Source: Nemertoderma westbladi (Eukaryota > Animalia > Xenacoelomorpha). From it: a stretch of 64,000 bases of DNA. The translations under genes and the position numbers were made by a program. The stretch's first letter is position 1; every line of letters begins with the position of its first letter. Below the pieces are notes generated by a model that ran no database searches, was not told the DNA's origin, and saw only the letters and a program-made list of their open reading frames with translations. Shown here in pieces: positions 22,528 to 35,433 of this stretch. The stretch lies in the NCBI GenBank assembly GCA_032718475.1, contig JAUCBJ010003138.1:1-64000 (forward strand). The letters run 5' to 3'.

Positions 22528-23609
22528 GATTGGGTGTCTTTATATCCCAGGGGTCTTTATATCCCAGGGGTCTTTATATCCCATCTTAAAAAAAGCCTTA
22601 AAAATGGGTCTTTATATCCCAAGGGTCTTTATATCCCAGGGGTCTTTATATCCCATTTCTACACTAAAAGCGAGTCTTTATATCCCAGGGGTCTTTATAT
22701 CCCAAGGGGCTTTATATCCCAAGGGGCTTTATATCCCAGGGGGCTTTATATCCAGTAGGTCCTTTTTGTAATGGTCCCGCAACTTTTCAATAAATATACT
22801 TCTGAGGAAATATAACAATAACTAGTATAATAATTAAGGATAAAAATTAATTATTAAAATATTTACAATTGAAGGTAAACCCTGTCACCAACACCTAATC
22901 CACCGCCTCTTCCATTATCACCTAGACCACCGCCACCAACACCTAGTCCACCATCTCCTCCACCAACACCTAGTCCACCCACGCCGCCACCAACACCTAG
23001 TCCACCCTCTCCTCCACCAACACCTAGTCCACCCTCTCCTCCACCAACACCTAGTCCACCCACACCGCCACCAACACCTAGTCCACCCTCTCCTCCACCA
23101 ACACCTAGTCCACCCACACCGCCACCAACACCTAGTCCACCCTCTCCTCCACCAACACCTAGTCAACCCACACCGCCACCAACACCTAGTCCACCCTCTC
23201 CTCCACCAACACCTAGTCCACCCACACCGCCACCAACACCTAGTTCACCCACACCGCCACCAACACCTAGTCCACCCACACCGCCACCAACACCTAGTCC
23301 ACCCTCTCCTCCACCAACACCTAGTCCACCCACACCGCCACCAACACCTAGTTCCCACCAATTTCCACCTATTTCCCACCAAAGAATTTATTCTCCCAGA
23401 ATAACTGGTGGGATATAAAGCCCCCTGGGATATAAAGACCCTTGGGATATAAAGACCCCTGGGATATAAAGACCCGATTTTAGTTTAGAAGTGGGATATA
23501 ACGACCCCTGGGATATAAAGACCCTTGGGATATAAAGACCCATTTTTTTAGGGTGGGATATAAAGACCCTTGGGATATAAAGACCCCTGGGATATAAAGA
23601 CCTGAGACC
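22528..23609. mobile_element. Mutator-like foldback MITE carrying an internal 27-bp tandem repeat
   Basis: Inverted arrays of GGGGTCTTTATATCCCA (22535-22755) and TGGGATATAAAGACCCC (23408-23600); 9-bp direct repeat GTATGGGGG at 22519-22527 and 23610-23618; internal CCACCAACACCTAGTCCACCC(TCTCCT/ACACCG) array ~22885-23355. Confidence 0.75.
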
Positions 23610-24459
23610 GTATGGGGGCTGTGCCACCCATTGGGGCGGAGCCCCTGGGGTGGGGGTGAAGTCCCGGGGTACTTGATCCAAACGCAGTTTCGTTTATAGC
23701 TTCTTTCTACTAATATACATTGTCTACGGTATCTTATTTTCGAAATTTTTTCTGTTTAATATGAATTATATTACCTGGAGGAAGTGGAATTAAACTTGCA
23801 GCTACAACATGGACCATCGCTAAGGCAACGGCTAGACCGGTTAGACCATTCATCGTGGATAGTTTGCACGGAGACGGTTGAACTGATAAACAACAAGTGG
23901 AAGTTTTCTTTTCAGATTTTTAACTTGAAAAACTTTAAGTTGTGATAAGTAACTTGTTGGTAACGAACTGTGCCGTCAGCATATATAGATGATTTTTGCG
24001 TGGGTTGGCAACACATGTAGTTCCATTTGCACGTGGCATGATGCAATAAATAATTGGGATATTATAGTAGGCCCCTACGCGTAGCGGTGAACCAGTGCAG
24101 TGCCTTTGTGTTCTCTATACGTTTGTAATTCGCTTTGTTTTAATCAGCACCGATTATATCGCCTCAATTATTCCTTGTAAAACTACAGTAAACGCCTTGA
24201 TGTGGCAATTAGGCGATGTCTGCTTTGCGCCATGAACTGAGATCGGTCTGCATTATTGCTGCACTAAATCGTAATCCATCAAAGGAGCTTCTAAGGGTAG
24301 GTGCTAAAATGCACAACGAGCAACAACGAGCAACAATGAGCAACAATGAGCAATTTCAAATTTCATGACTTGAAAATAAATTTTCATATAAACCGTTAGC
24401 AAATCATCAAAAGGAAACGTCAACGTATCAAGTATTAAGTCAAATATTAAGTTCTCCTT

Positions 24460-26180
24460 AACGAGTATGGCCCTTCCTTTGGATATTACCCGGAGCCAGA
24501 TAAATGTATATTAGTGGTTGAGGAGTGCAATATTCCCAGGGCGCGCGACTTATTCCGCAAACATGGAATCCGGGTGGAAGGAAGAAGAATTACAAAGGGG
24601 ACCCGTTCTCTAGGTGGTTTCGTGGGGGATGCAACCCTTCAAGCGGAGTATATTTCCAGTAAAGTAGCGGTTTCTGAATCGTCGGTACTAACACTTTCCA
24701 AAGCTTCCACAAACTAACGTCAGGCTGCATATGCAGCTTTCACCAGGAGTTTGCAGAGTGAATTGTACTATTTACAGAGGGTTGTTCCGGTTGGATGTGA
24801 TGATTCCACTGCACCTCTAGAGAAAGTAATTCAACTTTCAGCTACTTTCAACCCTTCTGTCCTTGGTAGCCCTATGTCAACCTCAGAGCGAGAACTTTTT
24901 GAGTTACCTGTGCGTTTTGGCGGTTTGGCCGTTCGGAATCCAAGTAACACAGCGACACTATCATATTCGGCTTCTCGTGAGGGAACTGCAGTATAGTAGC
25001 AGTTGCAGCAATTAAAGGAATCCTTGAGTACTCAGAACCAGATCATTTAAGCTGCCCGAAGGAAGCCCAGTACAACTTTCGGCACCAGAAGAAAAATAAG
25101 GCGAAGGCCGAGGCCGAGGCAGTGCTTGGAATTGTAACTGCAGGCTTCACTTCACATCCAGACAGAGTGAGAACGATTGAATGTGCTTCTTCCGAACGGG
25201 CTTCTGGTTGGCTAACAGTAGTTCCAGTGGCGCGCCACCAATTCGATTTGTCTGCTAATGAGTTCCGGGATGGCCTATCCCTTAGGTATGGACGACCTCT
25301 GGTTAATGGCCCATCGAAATGCGATGGTTGTGGCGAAGTTTTTAGTACAACCCATGCGCTTGACTGTAAGAAGGGGGGTTTAGTGGCTCTGCGTCACAAC
25401 GAGGTCAGGGATACCCAGGGTGCACTCTTAAGTTTAGCTTTCCCTGAATCTTGCATATCACGGGAACCTGTAATCGGGGAGGCCAACGAGGAAAGTGGTG
25501 TGGAGGGTTTGCGCGCTGACCTCTCAGTGAGGGGTTACTGGCAGCCACAGAGGCGGGCATTGTTCGATGTGCGGGTCGTTTACCCTGATGCCCCCTCATA
25601 TGTGGCACGTCATGTAGCCTCTATCCTACTAGACGCGGAAACTCAGAAGTAAAACAACTACCATGATGCATGTGCTCTCCGACCATCAGATTTCATCCCG
25701 CTGGTTGCTACAGTGGACGGTGTACTCGCTCTTGAGTAGGCATACTCAATGACGGTGAGAATGGCTACTAAATGGGCGAAGCCATATAGCTGTATCATAG
25801 GGTGCGTGAGGGTGCGGCTTTCGTTTGGTATCCTAAGGGCGACGTGTGCCTGCTTCAGGGCACACACAGCAAGTGGAGGTGTGTGGGAGTTGAGGATGGC
25901 TCTGCGATTCCTTTGGGTATCTAAGGAGACCCCGATGAGAGCTGACGAGACAGCATTGTAACTGTAGAGAACGACTTGGATCTCATGTAACACAACATAA
26001 CTTATTTGAGGTGATATACCGTCTGAATTTCTTTTATGTATTAATAATATAAAATGTTCCAGATCAAAAGGATTCGTAGCCTCAACTTGGGAAGTTTGAA
26101 AATTATAAAATATTTCGCTTTTAATATTTTACAAAAAGGGAAAATTTTTATGCCCGATCACCGAGAACCTAAATCTGTCT
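24460..26180 (+). mobile_element. Degenerate 3' part of a CRE-clade-like non-LTR retrotransposon (end of RT, CCHC, restriction-like endonuclease)
   Basis: LPVRFGGL, ASGWLTVVP..FRDGLSLRYG..CDGCG..HALDCKKGG..RHNEVRD, RADL..RGYW..LFDVRV, FIPLVATVDG, RLSFGILRA; several stops and frameshifts. Confidence 0.82.
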
Positions 26181-26813
26181 CCCATGAAAAAGAAGTTACA
26201 ATTACTTTTACAGTTACAGCTGTTTTTACGATGCGGGGCGATTGCTACTAAAATCCCTGGAATGCAGAAGCAATTTGGAACCAATTGAAAATAGTAATTT
26301 CCAGCGCAAAATACTCTCATATAAAATAAAGTGTTCTTCATTGCTTTGGTTAGTAAACCCCGATACAATAACATGCTACTTTTCCTTATACATAATAATT
26401 ATGTTTTTAAACACAATTATGTTTTTAAACCCATACGTATAAGTGTACTTGTGTACTACTGCTGCCATAAATAATCAGATCTTGATATTCTGTTATATTA
26501 TACTGTACATATTGGGACTTTGAGATATTGATACTATTTAAGACAGACAAGTTGGATCCAATTTTACTTTCTTTGTCTCACAATAAGTTACTAAGTATCC
26601 CAATATTTGATCTTTTGTATCCAATCCATATACAGTATTATTTTAAGGAATTCATCACTAACAATTAGTGATATCATAGCATCATATAAATGTATACTTT
26701 AATATCTTTAATAGGTTTATGGTTATTATTAACTAATCTTTGGTAATTTTACTTCTTGTGAATGCAGTCTACATGGATATAAATAAACCAAAGTTTTGAT
26801 ATAAGGTTCGTAT

Positions 26814-28741
26814 GGGTAACAGACGTTTCGGTCTAAGACGTTTTGGCCTAGGACGTTTCGGCCCAATGACTGGAACATCCAATTTGCTTGTCGGACGTTT
26901 TGGCCCAAAGAGTCAATCAATCCCATGAATAAATCAAATTGAGTTTTGCATTCTTGCAGTAATTAATTATTACACTTTGCAATATGTACAGTAGGTCATT
27001 CACACTCAACTCACACATTCATTATTTTAATTAATTAAACTGTTTGATCCCCAATCGCTATTATACTGCGCAATATAGTATCTGTTGGAGAAATGGGCTT
27101 GTATGTTATTAATTGGCCTTATAATAAAGAGGTCATACAGTCACAACGTGTAGAATCGCTATCACTTTTTTTTAGTTAATGGATTATTTTAATTAACATC
27201 CTATAGAAAGATACTGTATTGTTGCAATTTTAAATCAATTATTTTATATTTTATTTTGAATTATTTTATTTAACTTCAATTGTTATGTTCTTCAACTATT
27301 TTAAATTATGTCATCATCATCACCTTTCCTTACTGAGAGGAAATAAGCCAAACTTAATTTTAACAACAAGTTGTATATTATAAAGGTTAAATACGAAACT
27401 TCGATCGTTTGGCGCTGTGTGAATAGGCCAAAGTGTTTTGGATCTGCTAGAACTTTAATTGATCATTCTGACCCCAGTGAATTAAATGGGAAAGGCATGG
27501 GCAAAGGCAAGTAAGGGAAAGGCATGGGCAGCCTTGAATAGGCTTTCCAGGATTTGGAAGTCAACGAGAATTAATCGGAAACTTAAGGTCCGATTATTTA
27601 GAGCAGCAGTAGTTCCAGTACTCCTCTATGGGAGTCCATGCTTTGCTCTAACTGCTGAGGACACCAAATCTCTGGATGGCACATTCACAAAAATGATACG
27701 CCGGGTTCATTGTGTCAAGTACAATGCACACATCTCCAACCAGACACTACATAACATTGGAGGTGTCTCATTGGTTCCCCCAAGCTTGACACTAGAACGA
27801 AATCGCCTCCGCTTTGCAGGACATTGCTTTCGCCGTGAGGACCAGCCAGTGCATAATCTTGTACTTTGGCAGCCTCATGGAGTGAATAAGCATTGTGGAC
27901 AGCCCATGACTTTGCAATTGAGATGCATCTTAAAGGACACTGGCCTTGAAGATGCGGATGATCTAGCAAATGTCATGGGTGATTGGGAGTTGTGGCGGTG
28001 CAAATTTGTCGATAAGCCGGTTTGTCGATAAGCATTCTTAAAAATGCAGCTGCAATGCAGCATGCCGATCCTAGTAGTCCTAGTAGTAGAATTAAATGGC
28101 CACTCGAAGGACTGCCACACTGATGAGACAGATATTTCGGTTGCGCAATTTAGACAGGATGTTATGAACCAAACCTCCTCTCCATTTTCTAAATCTACGA
28201 AGATAATTTCACATTCTCTGAATTGCTGAGTTCACTACAAGCCAAGCAAGCTGAAGTCGAAACGTTACTGGCACAGTTATCGGTGGGAACTGATCCACCT
28301 ATTAAGAAGTTTGTTAAGATCGAAGCTTTACATAAGCGTTTGCGAACGATCACTCAGCAAAGGGCAACCGGCGCTCGTTCCATACAAAACTTCATGGAAG
28401 CCATTTGGTTTAATCTGGCAGATAAAAATGTTATTCCTGAATAAAAAGAATTACATCTCATTGGTTATATTGTATACTGTTATTTTTATAATTGTGAATG
28501 ATAATGATTGTGTTTGAATTTCTATTAATTATGAAATAGACGTATGTTATTGTGTTATACAGTAGCTTATTGTGATAAATATAATAATAATTTTAATGAA
28601 TAATTATTGTGATTAAAGTACCTGGTCTTTTCATTCATTGTCAACCATGAGCCGAAACTTCTACATTGAAACGTCCAGGCCGAATCGTCCGGGCCGAAAC
28701 GTCCTGGGCCGAAACGTCCTAGGCCGAAACGTCTGTATACC
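26814..28741 (+). mobile_element. Mutator-like non-autonomous element with a probable transposase C-terminal remnant and a nested RTE fragment
   Basis: Termini GGGTAACAGACGTTTCGG / CCGAAACGTCTGTATACC shared with 32345-33633. 28223-28444 (LQAKQAEVETLLAQLSVGTDPP..RLRTITQQRATG..FMEAIWFNL) resembles MULE transposase C-termini. Flanking 9-mers match only 6/9. Confidence 0.65.
27486..28090 (+). mobile_element. 5'-truncated RTE-like LINE fragment
   Basis: KAWAALNRLSRIWKS..LKVRLFRAAVVPVLLYG..LDGTFTKMIRR..RLRFAGHCFR; TAG-repeat tail at 28072-28089. Confidence 0.8.
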
Positions 28742-29029
28742 ACTCCGTATGTGCCCGGAAATACTAAAGATCTTTGAGCATGTATTGAATCTACTCTACA
28801 TACATTATTGCCAAACAATTTACCCATCACATTAATGTAAATCTTCTGTATGGAACCGAGTTAAATCGCATACTGTATAAATAATTCCAAGGTACCGTAA
28901 AAACATTGCTAGGCCTATACGTAAATTATTACGTGCTGCACACTATTGAGAGCGGCACAGCACTATTACACGAGTCATGTTGATCAAGTTGTCAAATGGT
29001 TTCCGTTTTATATTGCAAACTTTTCGATA

Positions 29030-29250
29030 TTTTTCAACGGTTACATCGCGTTTCGGAAACTGTCGCGTTTTGGCAACAGTCGCGATTCGGCAAAAAAGTT
29101 GTATTTCGGCAAAAAATATGCGTTTCGGCAAAAAAAAAAGTCGCGATTCGGCAAAAAAAGTTGCGTTTCCGCAAAAAGTTACTTTTCGGCAACAGGCGCG
29201 ATTCGGCAAAAATTTGGGTTTCGGCAAAAAGTTGCGTCTCGGCAAAGGGT
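29030..29250. repeat. Array of ~20-bp (T)TTCGGCAAAA subterminal-type repeats (MITE family also at 34260-34430 and 56270-56420, inverted)
   Basis: Recurrent GCGTTTCGGCAAAAA / TTTTGCCGAAACGC units. Confidence 0.7.
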
Positions 29251-30524
29251 AAAGATAAATTCCTAGATGTTGTTCGATCGGGGTTGAATTCTATAATTAT
29301 AAGCGTAAATAAATCGTCAATCGTAAGTAAGTAAAGCGAAAATACACTGAACAAATGTATCTCGACAATCATACAGTAGGACCTAGCTTGTAAATCAATT
29401 TCATTGATGATTTGTTAAAAAAGAGTTTCAAAACAATATTCTACTAACTCAATTAAATAATTGCATGTCTTAATAATATTGATAATATCCATAAGTACCT
29501 AACCGTGGTATTCAAACAATATCTTAACTGTTAGCGGAATATTAGAATATTGCTTAGCATACTTTTCTAAACACACCACACAACTACTATAGGCACAATA
29601 ATGGGAGGCGTATCCTGTTTAATGAGCTATTGAATATTTCTCACAGGTGGTATTAAATTTATAGCAATGCACTCTCAGGCATAGCGGTATGTTTTAACGA
29701 AATCGAAAAATTGAAAGAACAAGTAAAAACAATACCAGAGTAATAGTGGGGGTTTGCGGTATTTTCTTTCCATTTCCGTTCAAAATAGAAAATATAACCC
29801 ATTAACATTATTGTATAGTATAAATTAAGACAATTTATTGTAAAATCCATCAGGAAATCATTATGATTCTATAATAATAATATAGTTAGCTGTTTTATTC
29901 ACACACACAATGAATGGTCATGGTCATGGCCATGGATCATAGGTTAGCACTTTTTAAACTCATGCGCCACTAAATATTTTATGATATGTGAATTTAAGTT
30001 GTTTTCAGTTATTTCGAAATATCAAACACATGATTAGCATAATGTATGCGCAAAGATGACATTGTGAAGTTAGAACAATCCTGAGAAAATATTGCCTCAC
30101 ATTCAGTTAGGAACATAGTGGTTTGTTAAGAAGGGGTGTGTGTGTGTGAGTGTGTGTGTGTGAGTCGGAAGCCATTATTGTCGGAAGCCAAGACTAGAAT
30201 AGGCTCCCCTTGGAAATAAGCTGCAAAGCTTTAGGGGTAATCCTATATGTTATGTTGGACAATACCTTTATACCGGTACATTGTTTGGTGTATTTGTTAT
30301 TGTTTTTACATAATGTATAAATAAATCTATCTATCTACAGTATAAAGTCGGGTTCTCAAAGTGCATCTGTTCTTTGAGATTTTCTCAAAGAACTAAAAGT
30401 GTTTCAAAGTTCTAAAAGTGGTCCAAGAAAATGACAAAGTGTCCTTAAAGATTTCAAAGTAGTACTGTCAGTCATTTCATACAGTCCTGCCTGAAGCTGG
30501 CTATGGAATGGTGTATATTGACTT

Positions 30525-30940
30525 TGACTAAAGGGTAAAATATAAGTAGTAAAAACCTCTATGAAACAATAAAGATGCCTCCAAAAAATACTGCAGTAAT
30601 AAATATTTGTTACTGAAAGTAAGAATTTAATTATTACTGCAGTAATAAAAAATTGTCTTTTTCTGCAGTAACGAATAATTTGTTACTGCAGTATAAATTT
30701 TTATCCAATTATTTATTAAATTATTAATATTGATTATTGCAGTAATAAATATTTGTTACTGCAGGAATAAATATTTGTTGCTGCAGAAATAAATATTTGT
30801 TACTGCAGTAATAAATATTTGTTGCTGCAGTAATAAATATTTGTTACTGCAGTAACTAATATTTAATACAGCAGTATTTTTTGTAGGTATTTTTATTGTT
30901 TCATAGATGATTTTATTAATTTATATTTTGACTCACTAGA
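30525..30940. mobile_element. Foldback MITE with TACTGCAGTAATAAATATTTGT internal repeats
   Basis: Imperfect long inverted ends (TCTATGAAACAATAAA / TTTATTGTTTCATAGA) and 22-bp tandem units. Confidence 0.6.
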
Positions 30941-32344
30941 GACGCCATACCCATAATTGCGGGCTATCGGAATGTGTTGGTATTTGTGTCGTAGACAGTT
31001 TGTCTGTTGCCCTATCTATATTAATGTATAGTGCTAAAACTGTACTGTTTAAATTTGTTTAGCCCACGTGAACGCCGAATTCCTTTACCAATGCATTTCA
31101 ATGGTCAACCAGCCATTCTTTGCCGCACTGTAAATTGTGTTATACAAAGTAAAGAATAACGATAGAGGCAGGAATAAAGATAAATGATTCAAGCGCACTA
31201 ATTGGCTGTTCCCATAGATGTTTTAGGCATTGTTGGTGCGCAATGCATATTGTCAGAGCGACCGCCCAGTCTGCCAAAATCTATAATGTAATCAAATGGT
31301 ACCATAAGCCAAGCAAAGCCACCGACAGTTCTTTCCGGCTCTGCATCTGTTTGTTTGAAGGTCGCCGACCGTGGGTCGCTACTCACTATAGCTGTGATTG
31401 ATAGTTTAAACTGGGTGCCGCTTTGCCAGAAAGCGGTACACATCAATTGAATATGAGGCAAACATTTAAAATATGCTCAAATATAAATGCCAGGGGCAGG
31501 GGATATTTTAATATCTCTATTAGGCTAAAACAACACAAGATTGTAGCCGTTCTATCTTACTTGAAAGTCGAAAGCCTTTCTTAGTTTTTAAGAAGGAATT
31601 CCCGCGCTCTCGTCACCATAGTTATCATATTAATTAAACAGTTAAGGTAGTACGGTTTGACCTGAGGTGACTAATGAAATGAATAACAAATGTTATTACA
31701 AGCTTTTTCCCAACAGGGCTTCTTTAGGTCATTATAATGAAACTGCGTATACACAGAGAAACTACAGTGCAGTTTTTCTTATATTAATTGTTAATCTTAT
31801 ATTGTATTATGTTATTAAAATAATCAATCTTGTCAAGCATTAATCTTGTTTTACTAATTATGTTTCATGTATTATTTGATTTTTAAGAATGTTTTTTAGA
31901 AAGACTTTAGGGTGCCGTAAATTCATTTTGTACTTGCGACCGAAAACCCATCCCGTAATGACCTCAGGAACCTCAATTTGATAAATTAATGGGAATAGCT
32001 TCTAGGCAACAACTGGCCAGCACACAAGTATCACTTTGTTGCCCTCATGATATTGTTCCCCGAGAATGCCTCTGCATATGTTAACTTACCACGAGCTGTC
32101 AATCAGGAATACCTTGGAGTTTATTTTCTCAAAGAATTCAAAGTGCCCAACCTAACTCAAAGTGACATTTCTCAAAGAATTCAAAGAATTCAAAGTGCCT
32201 AAAAGCAGGAAATCACTTTGAGATTCCCAACTAAAAGTGTCTACAAGAATTCAAGGCGGCCGTTGGGAGTAATGTAATTACTTTTAGACACTTTTAGAAA
32301 AACTTTGAGAAAATCTCAAAGAACAGATGCACTTTGAAATCCCG

Positions 32345-33633
32345 GGGTAACAGACGTTTCGGTCTAAGACGTTTTGGCCTAGGACGTTTCGGCCCAATGA
32401 ATGAAATACAAGATTTGCTTGTCGGACGTTTTGGCCCAAAGATTCACTTTACTCCCTTAAATAAGCTATTAATAATAAGTTATTCAATATATTTGTTTTG
32501 TAGTTGTTACGTTCGTTACAAGAGGAGTTGTCAGTAGGAACTGCTCCGACACCTGTTTGAAAGTCGTCAAGATCGAAGTTCTACATTATATTTATAAATA
32601 ATAACTAATGTAATATTATTATTATTATTTATTAATATAAATATACACCATACTGTAACTTAGAACAAAGATAACATATGCTGACTAATTAACTTTAGTA
32701 TTATGATGATGGGGTTTCCCCCATAAAAAAACACGTATTTTAAAATGTGAGTCAATAAATTAAGTACATTAAAATAAACCGAATTAAAATTATTACTGTA
32801 TTTTAATGTTGGTCTTAAAAATATAATAGATTATAAATATTCCATTAAAGGGGCATTGCGAATAATTATGAGACAGACTGGATGTCATATGGAATGAGAT
32901 AAAATATATGCGTATTAAATTTAAATTTAGATGAAATATATGCGTATTAAATTTAAATTTAGATGAAATGTATGCGCATTAAAAGGACCAGAGTGGATGT
33001 GAAGTGAAATAAAATATGTATTAATAAAAGCATTATACGTCGTTATCTATGGGTATAAATCAAAATCATCTATCATCGAAGATGAGAGTTATTGTTTCAA
33101 CAGATCATTAAGACATAGCTGCAATACACTGTCCAGCTACAAGAATTATCAATTGAGTAGGCCTAATGTTTAAAGTTAATGAAGTATCTCCAAAATATAT
33201 CGATCAGACGAGATATAAGCTCTACATGGGTCGTGAAATTGATTCACTTTGGTAGTACTGTATATTAGGATTAGTAATGTGGTACTCGAGACCAATAGAT
33301 TTGTTCTGGCTTGCATTTTTTCGGCCGCATAACATAACTGATGGCGAATTGTCTATGGAACCAGTAACCAGAACACCACTTCCCTAATGTTTATTTTATT
33401 TTGAAATAAAGATAAATTAAATAGCCATTTCATGAAAGATATTTTATTAAGTGTTTGTATGTTATTGTGAAATAATTATAATTTAATGAATAATTATTAT
33501 CATATCAAACAAGTTAGCCTTTTCATTAAGTTACAGTCATGGGCCGAAACGTCCGGGCCGAATCGTCCGGGCCGAAATGTCCGGGCCGAAACGTCCTGGA
33601 CCGAAATTTCCTAGGCCGAAACGTCTGTATACC
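32345..33633 (+). mobile_element. Mutator-like non-autonomous element
   Basis: Perfect 9-bp TSD GAAATCCCG (32336-32344, 33634-33642); terminal inverted arrays of GACGTTTCGGCC / GGCCGAAACGTC. Confidence 0.88.
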
Positions 33634-35009
33634 GAAATCCCGACTGTATATCTAGGCCTAATTAACTAGCCATAGTATAATTATAATTGTTCGCAAGATG
33701 GCTTGCAGCTTTTGCTGCACAAAGGCCCCACTCGTGTTGTTATTATTTGCAATTAAGGTAATATAACAGTACAAACTAACCTTCATGTTGACGCCACCGG
33801 GCTCTTTTCCTTTCCTGTAATGGGCCCAGGCGCGGTATTCTACTCCACTGTGTATTTTCTTTAAGTCCCATCTGTACACAATATTTATATCACCCTTTTA
33901 ATTGTACGAACCTGCCCAGAAAGCCTTTTACTTATGACTTTCTGGGCCTCACCAAAATTCATGGTTGACACGACGACGTACAGAGTATCCTATACAACAG
34001 TATTCCAGGGCAGGGAAGTTAAACTTTTATTAGCATTGCAACTAACGAACGAAATTGCTAAATTGTGTTGTACATACTGTATAATGTCCTGCTTGTTTCA
34101 CTTTTTGTACTTGTATTATTGATAGTAGGCGCCCATGTGAAGAATACAGGATTTCACTTTTCGGTCGACTTTTTATTGGAATTTTATACATGAAGATTTT
34201 TCAGTCTTATAACCTGTACATGTACTAATTCGTTTATTCTCCTGCAATGAAGAAATAATTTTGCCGAAACGCAACTTCTTTGCCGAAACGCAACTTTTTG
34301 CCGAAGCGTAACTTTTTTGCCGAATAGCACATTTTTGTCGAAACGCGACTCTTTTCCGAAACGCATTTTTTTTTCCGAAACGCAACTTTTTTTGCCGAAA
34401 TGCGACAGTTGCCGAAACGCGACGACACTTTTCAACGTGGAATCAGAGCTTTATAATGGTATCGATGGGTATTTGATTCTGAGAGAGCCATAGATGCATC
34501 ATAAATGTGCACATCGTTCTATACGTGCTTTCTACATTTGTGCCTCATACTGCCCCATGTAGGGAGGGGCTTTTGTATAACAGGCGCGCTTAGTAACTCA
34601 AGTCGGAAGTGAAACCTACAGTATACCATTGCGTGTAAGCGAGTTAACACAAGTGTTTGATGTAAAAATAATTTGATATAATCGTAATACATTCCTACCG
34701 GCAACACATGTAGTTCCATTTGCACGTGGCATGATGCAATAAATAATTGGGATATTATAGTAGGCCCCTACGCGTTGCGGTGAACCAGTGCAGTGCCTTT
34801 GTGTTCGTTCTCTATAAGTTTGTAATTCGCTTTGTTTTAATCAGCACCGATTATATCGCCTCAATTATTCCTTGTAAAACTACAGTAAACGCCTTGATGT
34901 GGCAATTAGGCGATGTCTGCATTGCGCCATGAACTGAGATCGGTCTGCATTATTGCTGCACTAAATCGTAATCCATCAAAGGAGCTTCAAAGGGTAGGTG
35001 CTAAAATGC

Positions 35010-35170
35010 ACAACGAGCAACAACGAGCAACAATGAGCAATAATGAGCAATAACGACCAACAATAAGCAACAACAAGCAACAATGAGCAATAACGAGCAA
35101 CAATGAGCAATAACAAGTCACAACGAGCAACAATGAGCAACAACATGCAACAATGAGCAACAACGAGCAA
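35010..35170. repeat. 9-bp tandem repeat (ACAA(C/T)GAGCA-type) at the end of a dispersed repeat shared with 24005-24352
   Basis: CAACGAGCAA/CAATGAGCAA units; 34700-35050 is near-identical to 24005-24352. Confidence 0.85.
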
Positions 35171-35433
35171 CCGGATCGGGAAATTTGTATTTTGGGCTAT
35201 TATATTTTCGGTTACATTAAATTAGATAAGCCAATGGGGTGCGTACAACACATGGAACGATGGGTTGGGCCAATAGTACAGTAGGGCACTTGATAATTTA
35301 TTGCTCCAATGTGCGTTAGTAGAATGTTATCGAATGTTCTAGTTAATTAATTCTATGCTTAGGATTTGCTATATAAGAGGCCGTTTGCCCTTCGGTTATC
35401 ATCTCTTTCTCTTAGCTAATCTAATACTTGTAA

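Larger units (their letters stand above)
30345..33646. mobile_element. Tc1/mariner-like non-autonomous element with nested insertions
   Basis: ~50-bp TIR (A/C)AGTCGGG..TCAAAGTGCATCTGTTCTTTGAGATTTTCTCAAAG flanked by TA; the right TIR (32304-32344 plus 33643-33646) is split by the Mutator-like element. Confidence 0.75.

Noticed and set aside
22863-23166. Gly-rich or Trp/Arg-rich protein ORFs
   Set aside because: Translations of the 27-bp repeat inside a MITE; no ATG start or exon evidence.
29665-29745. Possible plus-strand terminal exon (NALSGIAVCFNEIEKLKEQVKTIPE*)
   Set aside because: Too short, no recognisable family and no partner exons.
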